Source: Candidatus Margulisiibacteriota bacterium (GTDB lineage: Bacteria > Margulisbacteria > WOR-1 > O2-12-FULL-45-9). Taken from it: a DNA stretch of 23,216 bases. Both the position numbers and the translations under genes were made by a program. The notes beneath the pieces are model-generated. The model worked only from the letters and a program-made list of their open reading frames with translations. It had not been told where the DNA came from and ran no database searches. Shown in pieces: positions 15,264 to 23,216 of this stretch. The stretch covers positions 1 through 23,216 of the forward strand of contig JAYEOW010000055.1 of the NCBI GenBank assembly GCA_034723395.1, written 5' to 3'. Positions within the stretch are counted from its first letter, which is position 1, and every line of letters starts with the position of its first letter.

Positions 15264-15983
15264 ATGAAAGGCGTAATCTTGGCGGGAGGCACGGGTTCCC
15301 GCTTATATCCGTTAACTAAAGTAACTAATAAGCATCTCCTTCCAGTGGGGAGAAAGCCGATGATCTTCCATACGATCGATAAGATGACCGAGATGGGGAT
15401 AAAAGAGATCCTGATCGTGACCGGAGTGGACCATATGGGTGATATTGTCACTCTTTTGGGGAGCGGGAAAGATTTTAACTGCAAATTTACTTATAAGGTC
15501 CAGGATGAGGCGGGGGGGATTGCCCAGGCCTTAGGCCTGGCTGAGAATTTTGTTGGAAAAGAGCAGATGGTGGTTATTTTGGGAGATAATATTTTCGAAG
15601 ACAACTTGAGCCAGTTTGCGGAAGCGTTTGAGAGGCAGAAGAAGGGGGCAAAAGTTCTGGTTAAAGAGGTTTCTGATCCGCAGCGGTTTGGTGTTGTCGA
15701 AATGGATAAGGGGAAGATCGTTTCGATCGAAGAGAAACCGAAGAAACCAAAGAGCAATTTTGTAATAACCGGAATTTATTTTTACGACCATGAAGTGTTT
15801 GATATTATTCGCGGATTAAAACCCTCGGCGCGCGGAGAATTTGAAGTTTCCGATGTGAACCGCGCTTATCTGAAGAGGGGTAAGCTTACTTATGATATAT
15901 TGAGCGGCTGGTGGACCGATGCGGGGACCTTTGAATCGTTAGAGCGGGCAACATTAATGGCAGAGGGGAAGATCCAGCTGTGA
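15264..15983 (+). CDS. Sugar-1-phosphate nucleotidyltransferase (short RmlA/SpsI-type glucose-1-phosphate thymidylyltransferase)
   Basis: KGVILAGGTGSRLYPLT, LGDNIF, EEKP, PSARGEFEVSDVN, WTDAGT. SD AAGGAG. Confidence 0.9.
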   Translation: MKGVILAGGTGSRLYPLTKVTNKHLLPVGRKPMIFHTIDKMTEMGIKEILIVTGVDHMGDIVTLLGSGKDFNCKFTYKVQDEAGGIAQALGLAENFVGKEQMVVILGDNIFEDNLSQFAEAFERQKKGAKVLVKEVSDPQRFGVVEMDKGKIVSIEEKPKKPKSNFVITGIYFYDHEVFDIIRGLKPSARGEFEVSDVNRAYLKRGKLTYDILSGWWTDAGTFESLERATLMAEGKIQL

Positions 15984-16993
15984 AGCTATTAGTTACCGGC
16001 GGTGCTGGGTTTATCGGCAGCAATTTTATCCGCTTTATCTTAAACAAATATCCCGAAGACCACGTTATTAACTTTGATAAGCTGACCTATGCGGGGAATC
16101 TCGATAATTTAAAAGACATCGAAGATAATGTTCGCTATAAATTTTATAAAGGGGACATTAGTGACCCGATCGCGGTTGAAAAAGCGATCGGCCTTTTTGA
16201 TCAAGTAGATGCGATCGTTAATTTTGCGGCGGAGAGCCATGTTGACCGATCGATCCTTTCGGCGGGGGCATTTGTCCAGACCGATGTATATGGCACTTAC
16301 ATCCTCCTTGAAGCGGTAAAGAAACATAAGATCAAAAAATATCTCCATATTTCGACCGATGAGGTCTATGGCAGCATTGAAAAAGGTTCGTTCACTGAAG
16401 AATCGAACCTATCTCCAAATTCTCCTTATGCCGCCTCCAAAGCGGGAGGGGACCTGATCGTGCGGTCTTATTTTAAAACTCACGGCCTGCCAGTTGTTAT
16501 CACGCGTTCATCAAATAATTATGGGCCCTATCAATATCCGGAGAAAGTAATGCCGTTATTTATTACTAATCTTATTCAGGGTAAAAAAATTCCCCTCTAT
16601 GGCGACGGTAAGAATGTCCGCGACTGGCTGTATGTGGATGATAATTGTGCGGGGGTAGATACTGTTTTGCGCAAGGGGAAGATCGGGGAAATTTATAATA
16701 TCGGGGGAGAGAGCGAAAGGCAGAATATCGTGATCACTAAGATGATCTTAAAAGAGCTGGGGAAGGGCGAAGAGATGATCGAGCCGGTAAAGGATCGGCC
16801 GGGGCACGATCGCCGGTATTCAATTGATTGTTCAAAGACCAAAAAACTTGGCTGGAAGCCTAAAATGGCTTTTGAGGATGGGATGAAGAAGACGATCGAG
16901 TGGTATAAGGAGCATCGGGAGTGGTGGGAGAAGATAAAAGAGAAAGAGAAAGATTTTCAAAAGTTTTATAACGAATGGTATGCTAAGAGATAG
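15980..16993 (+). CDS. rfbB: dTDP-glucose 4,6-dehydratase (GTG start)
   Basis: VTGGAGFIGSNF, DKLTYAGN, AAESHVDRSI, STDEVYG, SPYAASKA, DRPGHDRRY. Confidence 0.96.
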   Translation: MKLLVTGGAGFIGSNFIRFILNKYPEDHVINFDKLTYAGNLDNLKDIEDNVRYKFYKGDISDPIAVEKAIGLFDQVDAIVNFAAESHVDRSILSAGAFVQTDVYGTYILLEAVKKHKIKKYLHISTDEVYGSIEKGSFTEESNLSPNSPYAASKAGGDLIVRSYFKTHGLPVVITRSSNNYGPYQYPEKVMPLFITNLIQGKKIPLYGDGKNVRDWLYVDDNCAGVDTVLRKGKIGEIYNIGGESERQNIVITKMILKELGKGEEMIEPVKDRPGHDRRYSIDCSKTKKLGWKPKMAFEDGMKKTIEWYKEHREWWEKIKEKEKDFQKFYNEWYAKR

Positions 16994-17016
16994 CCTTAAC
17001 CCAAGAGATAAGAAGG

Positions 17017-17226
17017 CAGCCCTCATCCAATTATTTCTTTAACCAATACTTTTTTTTCAGCAACCTTCTCCCAGTCCCTCGACAGAGCTCGGGACAAGTG
17101 GGAGAAGGACTGATAAATTATCGAAAACATTACTATTTTGTAAACATTAACTAGCCACTCCCTCTCCCTCTGGGAGAGGGAAGCTCAAGATAAGCCGAAC
17201 ATTTGGAATAACCAGGGTGAGGGCTG
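17017..17226. repeat. Composite palindromic element (MITE/REP-like)
   Basis: Outer inverted repeats CAGCCCTCATCC (17017-17028) and GGGTGAGGGCTG (17215-17226), 11/12 match. Hairpin CCTTCTCCCA/TGGGAGAAGG (17064-17108). Hairpin TCCCTCTCCC/GGGAGAGGGA (17159-17181). Confidence 0.75.
17074..17098 (+). repeat. REP-like hairpin, copy 2, nested in a hairpin loop
   Basis: GTCCCTCGACAGAGCTCGGGACAAG. Confidence 0.8.
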
Positions 17227-17245
17227 TAATCTTCCCCTATTGTAC

Positions 17246-17274
17246 TTGACAAAATTAGCCCATGGTTATATAAT
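17246..17274 (+). promoter_or_regulatory. Consensus sigma70 promoter of the glycan locus
   Basis: TTGACA (17246-17251), 17 nt spacer, TATAAT (17269-17274). Confidence 0.85.
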
Positions 17275-17301
17275 GTTCATTGATTGAACAATAAGTGAAC
17301 A
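17274..17301. promoter_or_regulatory. Putative operator overlapping the transcription start
   Basis: TGTTCA-N5-TGAACA (17274-17290), plus a further TGAACA at 17296-17301. Confidence 0.65.
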
Positions 17302-17307
17302 TTAACC

Positions 17308-17811
17308 ATGGTTAATGAAAACGAACTAAAAGTTATCGAAGAGATCTCCCGCGAAAAGGGGCTTACCCAAAGGGATCTTTCCAAAAAAACACAACTTTCC
17401 CTGGGTGCGGTAAATGTTATCCTCAAACGGCTGGTTAAGCGCGGAATCCTAAAAGCTGCTGATTATTCGGTTACCCCAAAAGGATTTGCCGCAAAGGCAA
17501 AGCACTCATATAACTATATCCTTAAAACGGTCAGTCTAGTTAAACTGGTAAAGGGAGAGATCGGGAAAATCGTCCTTGAGGAGTACAATCGAGGGCAAAA
17601 AAAATTCGTAATTTTGGGGGACGATGATCTGGCGGACATTATCGAGTTGGCGTTAAAGGGATTTGATTACAAGCGGGTTACGAGCGTTAAAGCAATTGAG
17701 GATAAAAGCGCTCTGGTTTTATTGAGTGATAAATCCTCAAAATCCAACGGTTTCCGTGCTTTGAATATTGCCGAGAGATTAGGGGAATCTTACTGGGGAG
17801 TAGATTTGTAA
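17308..17811 (+). CDS. Winged-HTH (MarR-like, polysaccharide-locus-associated) transcriptional regulator
   Basis: TQRDLSKKTQLSLGAVNVILKRLVKRG...YSVTPKG, followed by a small Rossmann-like C-terminal segment (FVILGDDDLA). Confidence 0.82.
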   Translation: MVNENELKVIEEISREKGLTQRDLSKKTQLSLGAVNVILKRLVKRGILKAADYSVTPKGFAAKAKHSYNYILKTVSLVKLVKGEIGKIVLEEYNRGQKKFVILGDDDLADIIELALKGFDYKRVTSVKAIEDKSALVLLSDKSSKSNGFRALNIAERLGESYWGVDL

Positions 17812-17813
17812 TT

Positions 17814-18536
17814 GTGAAAAGTGAAGAAGCGGATGAATTAAGAAAAATAATGAGTTCGGAATATGAAGTGCTCCCGCATCTGGATTCAGATATCGGGACT
17901 TTCCGTTATATTAAAGATGCGGATAAAATAAAGGACCAGCTAAAGACAGGCAAGATATTAGATTGGGGTTGCGGCTTGGGCCAGATGTCGTACCTCTTAA
18001 AGAATCGCGGATTTGATGTTATTAGTTATGATATAGATCAGAACGGCCGCAAATTCCTTGATCGGATCGGACAAACGCTGATCTTGGCCGAAGATCCGGT
18101 TAAAATGCCTTTTCCGGATGGTAGCTTTGAGGCGGTCCTCTCCTCCGGAGTATTGGAACATGTTCCCGACCATCTGGCGTCGATTAAGGAGATAAGCCGG
18201 ATCTTAAAGGACAATGGATACCTAATTATCTTCAGGCTGCCAAATCGATACTCATATATAGAATTTGTATCTGATCTTTTACGCCGGGGTGATCATCCGG
18301 TCAAGTATTCGGTAAGCGAGATAAAACAGATCCTTGATAAGGAGGGTTTTAACCTGGTGGATATCAGGTACAAAAGTTTCTTTCCTCACAATCTTAAGGG
18401 GTTCCCGGGGATGGTGAGGAAACTTTATCATAAATGTGATTTTATTTTGGGAAAAATTGATAGTTTATTCGAAAATATACCGCTGATCAATAAGTTAAGC
18501 ACGAATATCGAGATAATAGCGCGTAAGAGGGGATAA
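17814..18536 (+). CDS. Class I SAM-dependent methyltransferase (GTG start)
   Basis: ILDWGCGLG motif I, PFPDGSFEAV, SGVLEHVPD, RILKDNG. Confidence 0.88.
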   Translation: MKSEEADELRKIMSSEYEVLPHLDSDIGTFRYIKDADKIKDQLKTGKILDWGCGLGQMSYLLKNRGFDVISYDIDQNGRKFLDRIGQTLILAEDPVKMPFPDGSFEAVLSSGVLEHVPDHLASIKEISRILKDNGYLIIFRLPNRYSYIEFVSDLLRRGDHPVKYSVSEIKQILDKEGFNLVDIRYKSFFPHNLKGFPGMVRKLYHKCDFILGKIDSLFENIPLINKLSTNIEIIARKRG

Positions 18537-18785
18537 TGGAACAAAGTGTAACTAAAAGAACAGCTAAGAATTTTTCCTGGCTGCTGGTCGGCAGCGGCTT
18601 TTGGCTTACTCTAAAATGCACAGGTATTTTTATTGACTCATAATATGTTTGTCGGATCAGACAGGTTTATGCAATTGATAATCAGCAATACAGTGCTTGT
18701 GGCGGTTGCGGGAATATTAATTATTTTATTTGAATTTAATTATATTTCAGAATTTGTCAAGGAGATTATAAGAAAAAATGGTTAA
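18536..18785 (+). pseudogene. Internally deleted Wzx-type flippase remnant
   Basis: 5' frame MEQSVTKRTAKNFSWLLVG (stop at 18641-18643) matches the N-termini of both intact flippases. A second frame (18615-18785) ends ...ILIILFEFNYISEFVKEIIRKNG*, resembling their C-termini. Confidence 0.8.
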
Positions 18786-19776
18786 TGTAAGCAAGCCACC
18801 TTTACTTTCTATCTGTATCCCCACTTACAACCGTGCGGATTGCCTACAAGGGGGCTTGGAGAAAGTCATTCCGCAAGCCAAAAAGTATGGGATTCCTATT
18901 TATATTTCAGACAATGCTTCAACCGATAATACAGAAATTATTGTTAAATCCTGTCAAAAAAAATATCCAAATATTATTTACTTAAAGAGATCTAAAAATT
19001 ATGGGGCAACAATTAATATTGCCAAGGTTTTGCGTATGTCAAAAACAAAATATTCGTGGCTGCTAGGTGACGACGATCGATTAACCAAGAATGCGATTGT
19101 AGAGATGCTGAAAATATTAGAATTGAATAATTATGATATGGTGGTAGTGAATGGGGGGAAGAAAGTTAGGGCTTCTGCGGAAAAGGTAAGGGGGAGAGTA
19201 AGTGATTTATATGAATCCTCAGCTTATTCTGATAGAAATAAGTTATTGGCTGATCTTGGCTGGCATATGACCTGGATGAGTTGCCTGATCTTTAGTTCAA
19301 AGATGATTAGGGAGGGCAGATTCGAGGCCTTTTTTGATATACACGTGCCGCATTTTGCTGTGATATTTGATTATCTTTCGCAAGGTAATAAGGCAGTTTA
19401 CTGGGAAGCTAAACCTTTTATCTATGGTTCGTCTCGTGATTTGAGCAATTGGCGCGATAAAGCATTTGAAGTGTTTGGCAGGATGTGGATTGATGCAGTT
19501 AAAGAGTTACCTGCCGATTATACCCTTGAAGCAAAAAATGCTTGTATTAAAAACCATGGTATAAAAGGCAGGTTATTTAGCCCTATCACTTTAATTATTC
19601 TGAGGTTGTTAGGTTATTATGACCTGTCAGTATACAGAGAATCTGAATCGCATTTTGCTCGTTTGACCAATTTGCCAAAATCTATTATGTGGATGATTGC
19701 GATTATTCCTGTGCCAAAGGTTATTTCGCATATCCTTCGGAAGCTCGTAGTATTTATGCGGCGGGGAAGAAATTAA
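18778..19776 (+). CDS. Family 2 glycosyltransferase
   Basis: LLSICIPTYNRA, ISDNASTDNT, YSWLLGDDD. Confidence 0.9.
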   Translation: MVNVSKPPLLSICIPTYNRADCLQGGLEKVIPQAKKYGIPIYISDNASTDNTEIIVKSCQKKYPNIIYLKRSKNYGATINIAKVLRMSKTKYSWLLGDDDRLTKNAIVEMLKILELNNYDMVVVNGGKKVRASAEKVRGRVSDLYESSAYSDRNKLLADLGWHMTWMSCLIFSSKMIREGRFEAFFDIHVPHFAVIFDYLSQGNKAVYWEAKPFIYGSSRDLSNWRDKAFEVFGRMWIDAVKELPADYTLEAKNACIKNHGIKGRLFSPITLIILRLLGYYDLSVYRESESHFARLTNLPKSIMWMIAIIPVPKVISHILRKLVVFMRRGRN

Positions 19777-19777
19777 T

Positions 19778-21235
19778 ATGGAAAAGAGCAATACTACAAA
19801 AAAGATAGCAAAAAATTTTTCTTGGCTTTTGTTGGGGAATATAGTCGGTGGCACGATTAATTTTATATTAGTGGTCTATGTTGCTAGGACACTGGGGGCA
19901 GTTGTTTTCGGTCTGCTGCAGTTTGCGCTTGCTTTTATTGCATATCTGTATATGGTAGTAGATTCTGGACTGTCAATTTTTGGTACGCGCGGGATCGCTA
20001 AAGATCCAAGCCAGGTAGGGGATTATTCGTTAAATATTATTTTGATGCGTTTAACGCTCGCTTTATTTGTGTTTTTTGCTGCTCTGTTGGTTGTTTGGTT
20101 GATTCCCATTGCTTTTAATGTCCGCCTCTTATTTATCGCAGTGTTTTCTCTGGTCTTTTATCACGCGCTGAGACCGGATTGGATCTTTCAGGGGCTGGAA
20201 AAAATGCAGTATATTGCGTTTGCCCGGATATTATATCCCGTTATATCCTTTTTGCTGATTGTCTTCCTGGTAAAGCAGGCTGGGGATCTGGTCAGGGTTC
20301 CTTTGATTCAATCTGCTTGTGGATTGATCGTGGCGACCTTATTTTTAATAATATTATTTAAGAAATATGTTCATGTTAAATTAACCGATGTAAATGTAAG
20401 CAGCTGGCCAAAGTACTTTATCCAAGCGTTTCCGTTAGGGGCATCTGCTTTCTTGACTATTATTTATGGCAATATGGACATGATCATGTTGGGATTTATG
20501 GACCAGCCAGCCGTAGTCGGATATTACAATGCAGCCTATCGAATATTCTATATTTTGGGTGGGATCTTCGGCCTTTGGGTAGCTACCGCAATCCCAACCA
20601 TGAGCAAAAGAATTGGTGAAGATAAGGACGGTTCTAAGATGTTCTTGGATAAGTTTACACATATTACATTGCTTGGGATCATTCCTATAACTGTCTTGAT
20701 CTATCTTGCTTCGCCTTTGGTGATCGGATTCGTTTTTGGGCCAGAATATACGAGCGCTGTTTTTGGCCTTCAGGTCTTGATCTGGGCCATAATCCCCATT
20801 GCTATTGGTAGCATTTATGGGCAACTAATATTGATTAGTGCGGGCTTTTTTAAGAGATTTTTCCAGGCCGTAGTGCTAGGGGTGGGGGCTAATATTATCC
20901 TTAATTTTATTTTAATTCCTCGTTTCAGCTTTATTGGCGCCGCCATTGCTACGATCCTGGCGGAATTAATTGTGACTATTATGGTGATGAAATATAGCCA
21001 GAAAGTGCTTCCTATAAAAATTGGCCATCATTTTATTAAGCCATTAATTATTGTTTTGGCAGCTCTAATTGGCTTTTATGTAGTATATTTTCCGACCGCT
21101 TTTATGAGCGAATATCCCAGAATATTTATAGCCTGTGGTTTTGCCTTTTTACTTTGTTTGTTATCTGTTCAGTTGATCGATGGGAAATTCTTGAGTGGAT
21201 TTATTAAAGAACTAATAGTAAAGAGGGAGAGATAA
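19778..21235 (+). CDS. Wzx/MOP-family polysaccharide flippase
   Basis: Polytopic 485 aa protein with KNFSWL, YVARTLG...FG, DWIFQGLEKM, DMIMLG, VGYYNAAYRI and GAAIATILAE. Confidence 0.9.
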   Translation: MEKSNTTKKIAKNFSWLLLGNIVGGTINFILVVYVARTLGAVVFGLLQFALAFIAYLYMVVDSGLSIFGTRGIAKDPSQVGDYSLNIILMRLTLALFVFFAALLVVWLIPIAFNVRLLFIAVFSLVFYHALRPDWIFQGLEKMQYIAFARILYPVISFLLIVFLVKQAGDLVRVPLIQSACGLIVATLFLIILFKKYVHVKLTDVNVSSWPKYFIQAFPLGASAFLTIIYGNMDMIMLGFMDQPAVVGYYNAAYRIFYILGGIFGLWVATAIPTMSKRIGEDKDGSKMFLDKFTHITLLGIIPITVLIYLASPLVIGFVFGPEYTSAVFGLQVLIWAIIPIAIGSIYGQLILISAGFFKRFFQAVVLGVGANIILNFILIPRFSFIGAAIATILAELIVTIMVMKYSQKVLPIKIGHHFIKPLIIVLAALIGFYVVYFPTAFMSEYPRIFIACGFAFLLCLLSVQLIDGKFLSGFIKELIVKRER

Positions 21236-22701
21236 TGGAACAGAGTGTAACTAAAAAAATGGCAAAGAATGTTTCCTGGCTTTTTGTTGGAAATGCATTA
21301 AGCGGAGGATTGAAATTTGCTTTGATCGTTTATGTGGCGCGGGCGCTCGGGGTTGCCGCCTTTGGATTATGGCAGTTTGCCCAAGCGTTCTTGATTTACC
21401 TTATGCTTTTGGTCGATATAGGTTTTTCTGTCTTGGGAACGCGTGAGATCGCAAAACAAAAAGATAAGGCAGCTGCTATCTCGACCAATATGTTTATTGC
21501 CCGTCTTATCGTATGTTCGGTGATTTTTGTCCTTTCCTTGTTCGTTCTGTATTTTATCCCAATTTTAAGCCAGGTAAGATGGCTTTTTATTTTTACTTTT
21601 CTTTTTCTGTTTTATCGCGCGCTTAACGCGGACTGGGTATTCCAGGGCCTTGAAAAAATGGAATACATTTCTTTAACAAGAATTTTGTTTTCTGCTTTGT
21701 CTTTTGCGCTGATTGTTTATTTTGTCAGAGGACCACAAGATTTGCTTAGAGTACCATTATTACAAGCGTCGCTTGGGATCGGGATCTCAGTAATTATCTT
21801 GTTTTTTCTTTATAGAAACATTTTATCCGTAAGGATGGGGGGCTTCGTTCCTCATCATGCTTGGCGGTATTTTTTACAGGCAATTCCATTGTGCGGATCA
21901 GTATTTATGATGCAGATAAATAATAACATGGATTCAATTATGTTGGGATTTATTAAGGGTGCGTCTATCGTTGGGTATTATACTGCAGCCTACCGTATAT
22001 TTTTTATCTATGCTGGATTGTCTTCTCTATTAACCGCAACCGCCCTCCCAATAATAAGCAGAAGAATATCTGAAGACAGGCTGAAAACGGAAACATTTCT
22101 TGATAAGTATGTTCGTCTCACCATGTGGTTTTTGTTCCCTTTAACCGTTCTAGGTTTTATTGCCGCACCAATAACTGTTAATTTACTGTTCGGCGCTGAA
22201 TATGGCGCTTCTATAATTGCGCTTTGGGTATTGGTCTGGGCATTGTTCCCCTTTGCGATCGCAAATATTTATGGTGGATTGATATTAATAGGGGCGGGAC
22301 ATTTTAAGAAGTTCTTCTTATCGGTATTTGCTGGAGCAGCATTAAATATTATCCTGAATATTATTTTAATCCCACCTTTTAGCTATGTTGGAGCAGCCGT
22401 TGCTACTATTACTGCCCAGACAGTTACGGCAATGCTTGCCTTTTACCTGTCCAAGCAGGCTGTTCATATCTCTCTGATCAAGCATATGGTTAGGCCATTA
22501 TTGGTTTCTTTGGTTGCGGTTGTCTTTGCATCGATTGTTTATTTATTTCCTTTTACCGCAAGTGTATTTAGCCGACAAATAATTAGCTGTTTTGTGTTTG
22601 CGCTGGCATGTGCGATATTCATATTTATAGCTGAGCGCGAATTTTTGTTTATGTTTATTAATGAAATTATAGGGATTAAGAAAAATGTCGAAGCAGTCTA
22701 A
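21235..22701 (+). CDS. Second Wzx/MOP-family polysaccharide flippase
   Basis: 488 aa paralog of the upstream flippase: YVARALG, DWVFQGLEKM, DSIMLG, VGYYTAAYRI, GAAVATITAQ. Confidence 0.9.
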   Translation: MEQSVTKKMAKNVSWLFVGNALSGGLKFALIVYVARALGVAAFGLWQFAQAFLIYLMLLVDIGFSVLGTREIAKQKDKAAAISTNMFIARLIVCSVIFVLSLFVLYFIPILSQVRWLFIFTFLFLFYRALNADWVFQGLEKMEYISLTRILFSALSFALIVYFVRGPQDLLRVPLLQASLGIGISVIILFFLYRNILSVRMGGFVPHHAWRYFLQAIPLCGSVFMMQINNNMDSIMLGFIKGASIVGYYTAAYRIFFIYAGLSSLLTATALPIISRRISEDRLKTETFLDKYVRLTMWFLFPLTVLGFIAAPITVNLLFGAEYGASIIALWVLVWALFPFAIANIYGGLILIGAGHFKKFFLSVFAGAALNIILNIILIPPFSYVGAAVATITAQTVTAMLAFYLSKQAVHISLIKHMVRPLLVSLVAVVFASIVYLFPFTASVFSRQIISCFVFALACAIFIFIAEREFLFMFINEIIGIKKNVEAV

Positions 22702-23200
22702 TAATCAAATACTCCTTTCAATTTGCATCCCGACTTATAATCGGGCTAGATTTTTAGTTGAATTGTTAAATAGTATTATTCAACCTTTAAATAAAGCCAG
22801 TTTGAAGCAAGTTGAGATAGTGATCAGCGATAATTCGCAAAGTAATGATACGGAAGTGGCGATTGAAAAAATAAGTGCAGCCAGTGAAGTCCACATTAGT
22901 TATTATAAAAATAGCTCTAATGTTGGCGCCGATAAAAATATTGTATTAGCAGTAGAACGAGCAAAAGGTAAATATTGCTGGCTTTTAGGTGACGATGACC
23001 TGGTCGTTACAGATGCGATCGCAAGGATTCTAAAGCAGATTGAACTAAATCAGGGTATCGATGTTTTTATGGGAGACAAGGAAGATATTTACATTAAACC
23101 GTCTAATATAATGAAATCTAAACAGATATTAAACCTTAAAAAAGAGAAGATATTTGATTTTAAAAAAGAGGATATTGAAGAATATTTTCGAGTTTCATAG
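22685..23200 (+). CDS. Family 2 glycosyltransferase, apparently cut short by TAG (possible pseudogene)
   Basis: LLSICIPTYNRA, VISDNS, YCWLLGDDD. Only 171 aa versus 332 aa for its paralog. The frame stays open after the TAG (KLIGF) to the window end. Confidence 0.75.
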   Translation: MSKQSNNQILLSICIPTYNRARFLVELLNSIIQPLNKASLKQVEIVISDNSQSNDTEVAIEKISAASEVHISYYKNSSNVGADKNIVLAVERAKGKYCWLLGDDDLVVTDAIARILKQIELNQGIDVFMGDKEDIYIKPSNIMKSKQILNLKKEKIFDFKKEDIEEYFRVS

Positions 23201-23216
23201 AAATTAATAGGTTTTT

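Noticed and set aside
15264..16993. Complete dTDP-rhamnose pathway
   Set aside because: Only the nucleotidyltransferase and 4,6-dehydratase are present. rmlC and rmlD are not in the window, so the end sugar cannot be called.
17064..17181. Hairpins after rfbB as intrinsic terminators
   Set aside because: Neither has a following U-tract in a suitable orientation. They are better explained as repeat-element parts, though pausing is possible.
22906..22935. GCCGATAA sigma28 -10-like box
   Set aside because: It lies inside a CDS and the upstream TAAA is 18 nt away rather than about 15.

Overview
Bacterial chromosomal window with four blocks. (1) 1-127: probable end of an ISL3-like insertion sequence on the minus strand. 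(2) 175-10789: a 15-gene, tightly coupled flagellar basal-body/export operon (flgF flgG flgA flgH flgI flgJ-like, FliA-like sigma, flgB flgC fliE fliF fliG fliH fliI fliJ) behind a perfect sigma70 promoter. (3) 10786-16993: rpmB (minus), then recG rsmD coaD, a DivIVA/Cdv3-like gene, rph and two dTDP-sugar genes. (4) 17308-end: a surface-glycan locus (wHTH regulator, methyltransferase, deleted flippase remnant, GT2, two Wzx-type flippases, a second GT2 with an early stop). The main signal is that the flagellar cluster looks systematically remodelled. FliG is half length and lacks the torque domain, FliF appears to lack its beta-collar, FlgB and FlgJ are minimal, FlgH has no Cys, and the sigma has an atypical recognition helix, while the FliH/I/J export ATPase is intact. 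This suggests a non-rotating, flagellum-derived secretion or envelope machine (inference). A second signal is a family of 7-bp-periodic arrays at gene junctions, two of which encode near-identical signal peptides of the unrelated FlgH and FlgI. A short REP-like hairpin, a nested palindromic element and CGATCG enrichment are also seen. Gene content suggests a diderm Terrabacteria-type organism, possibly a non-photosynthetic relative of Cyanobacteria, but this is unverified. All calls come from motif recognition by eye; no searches were run.
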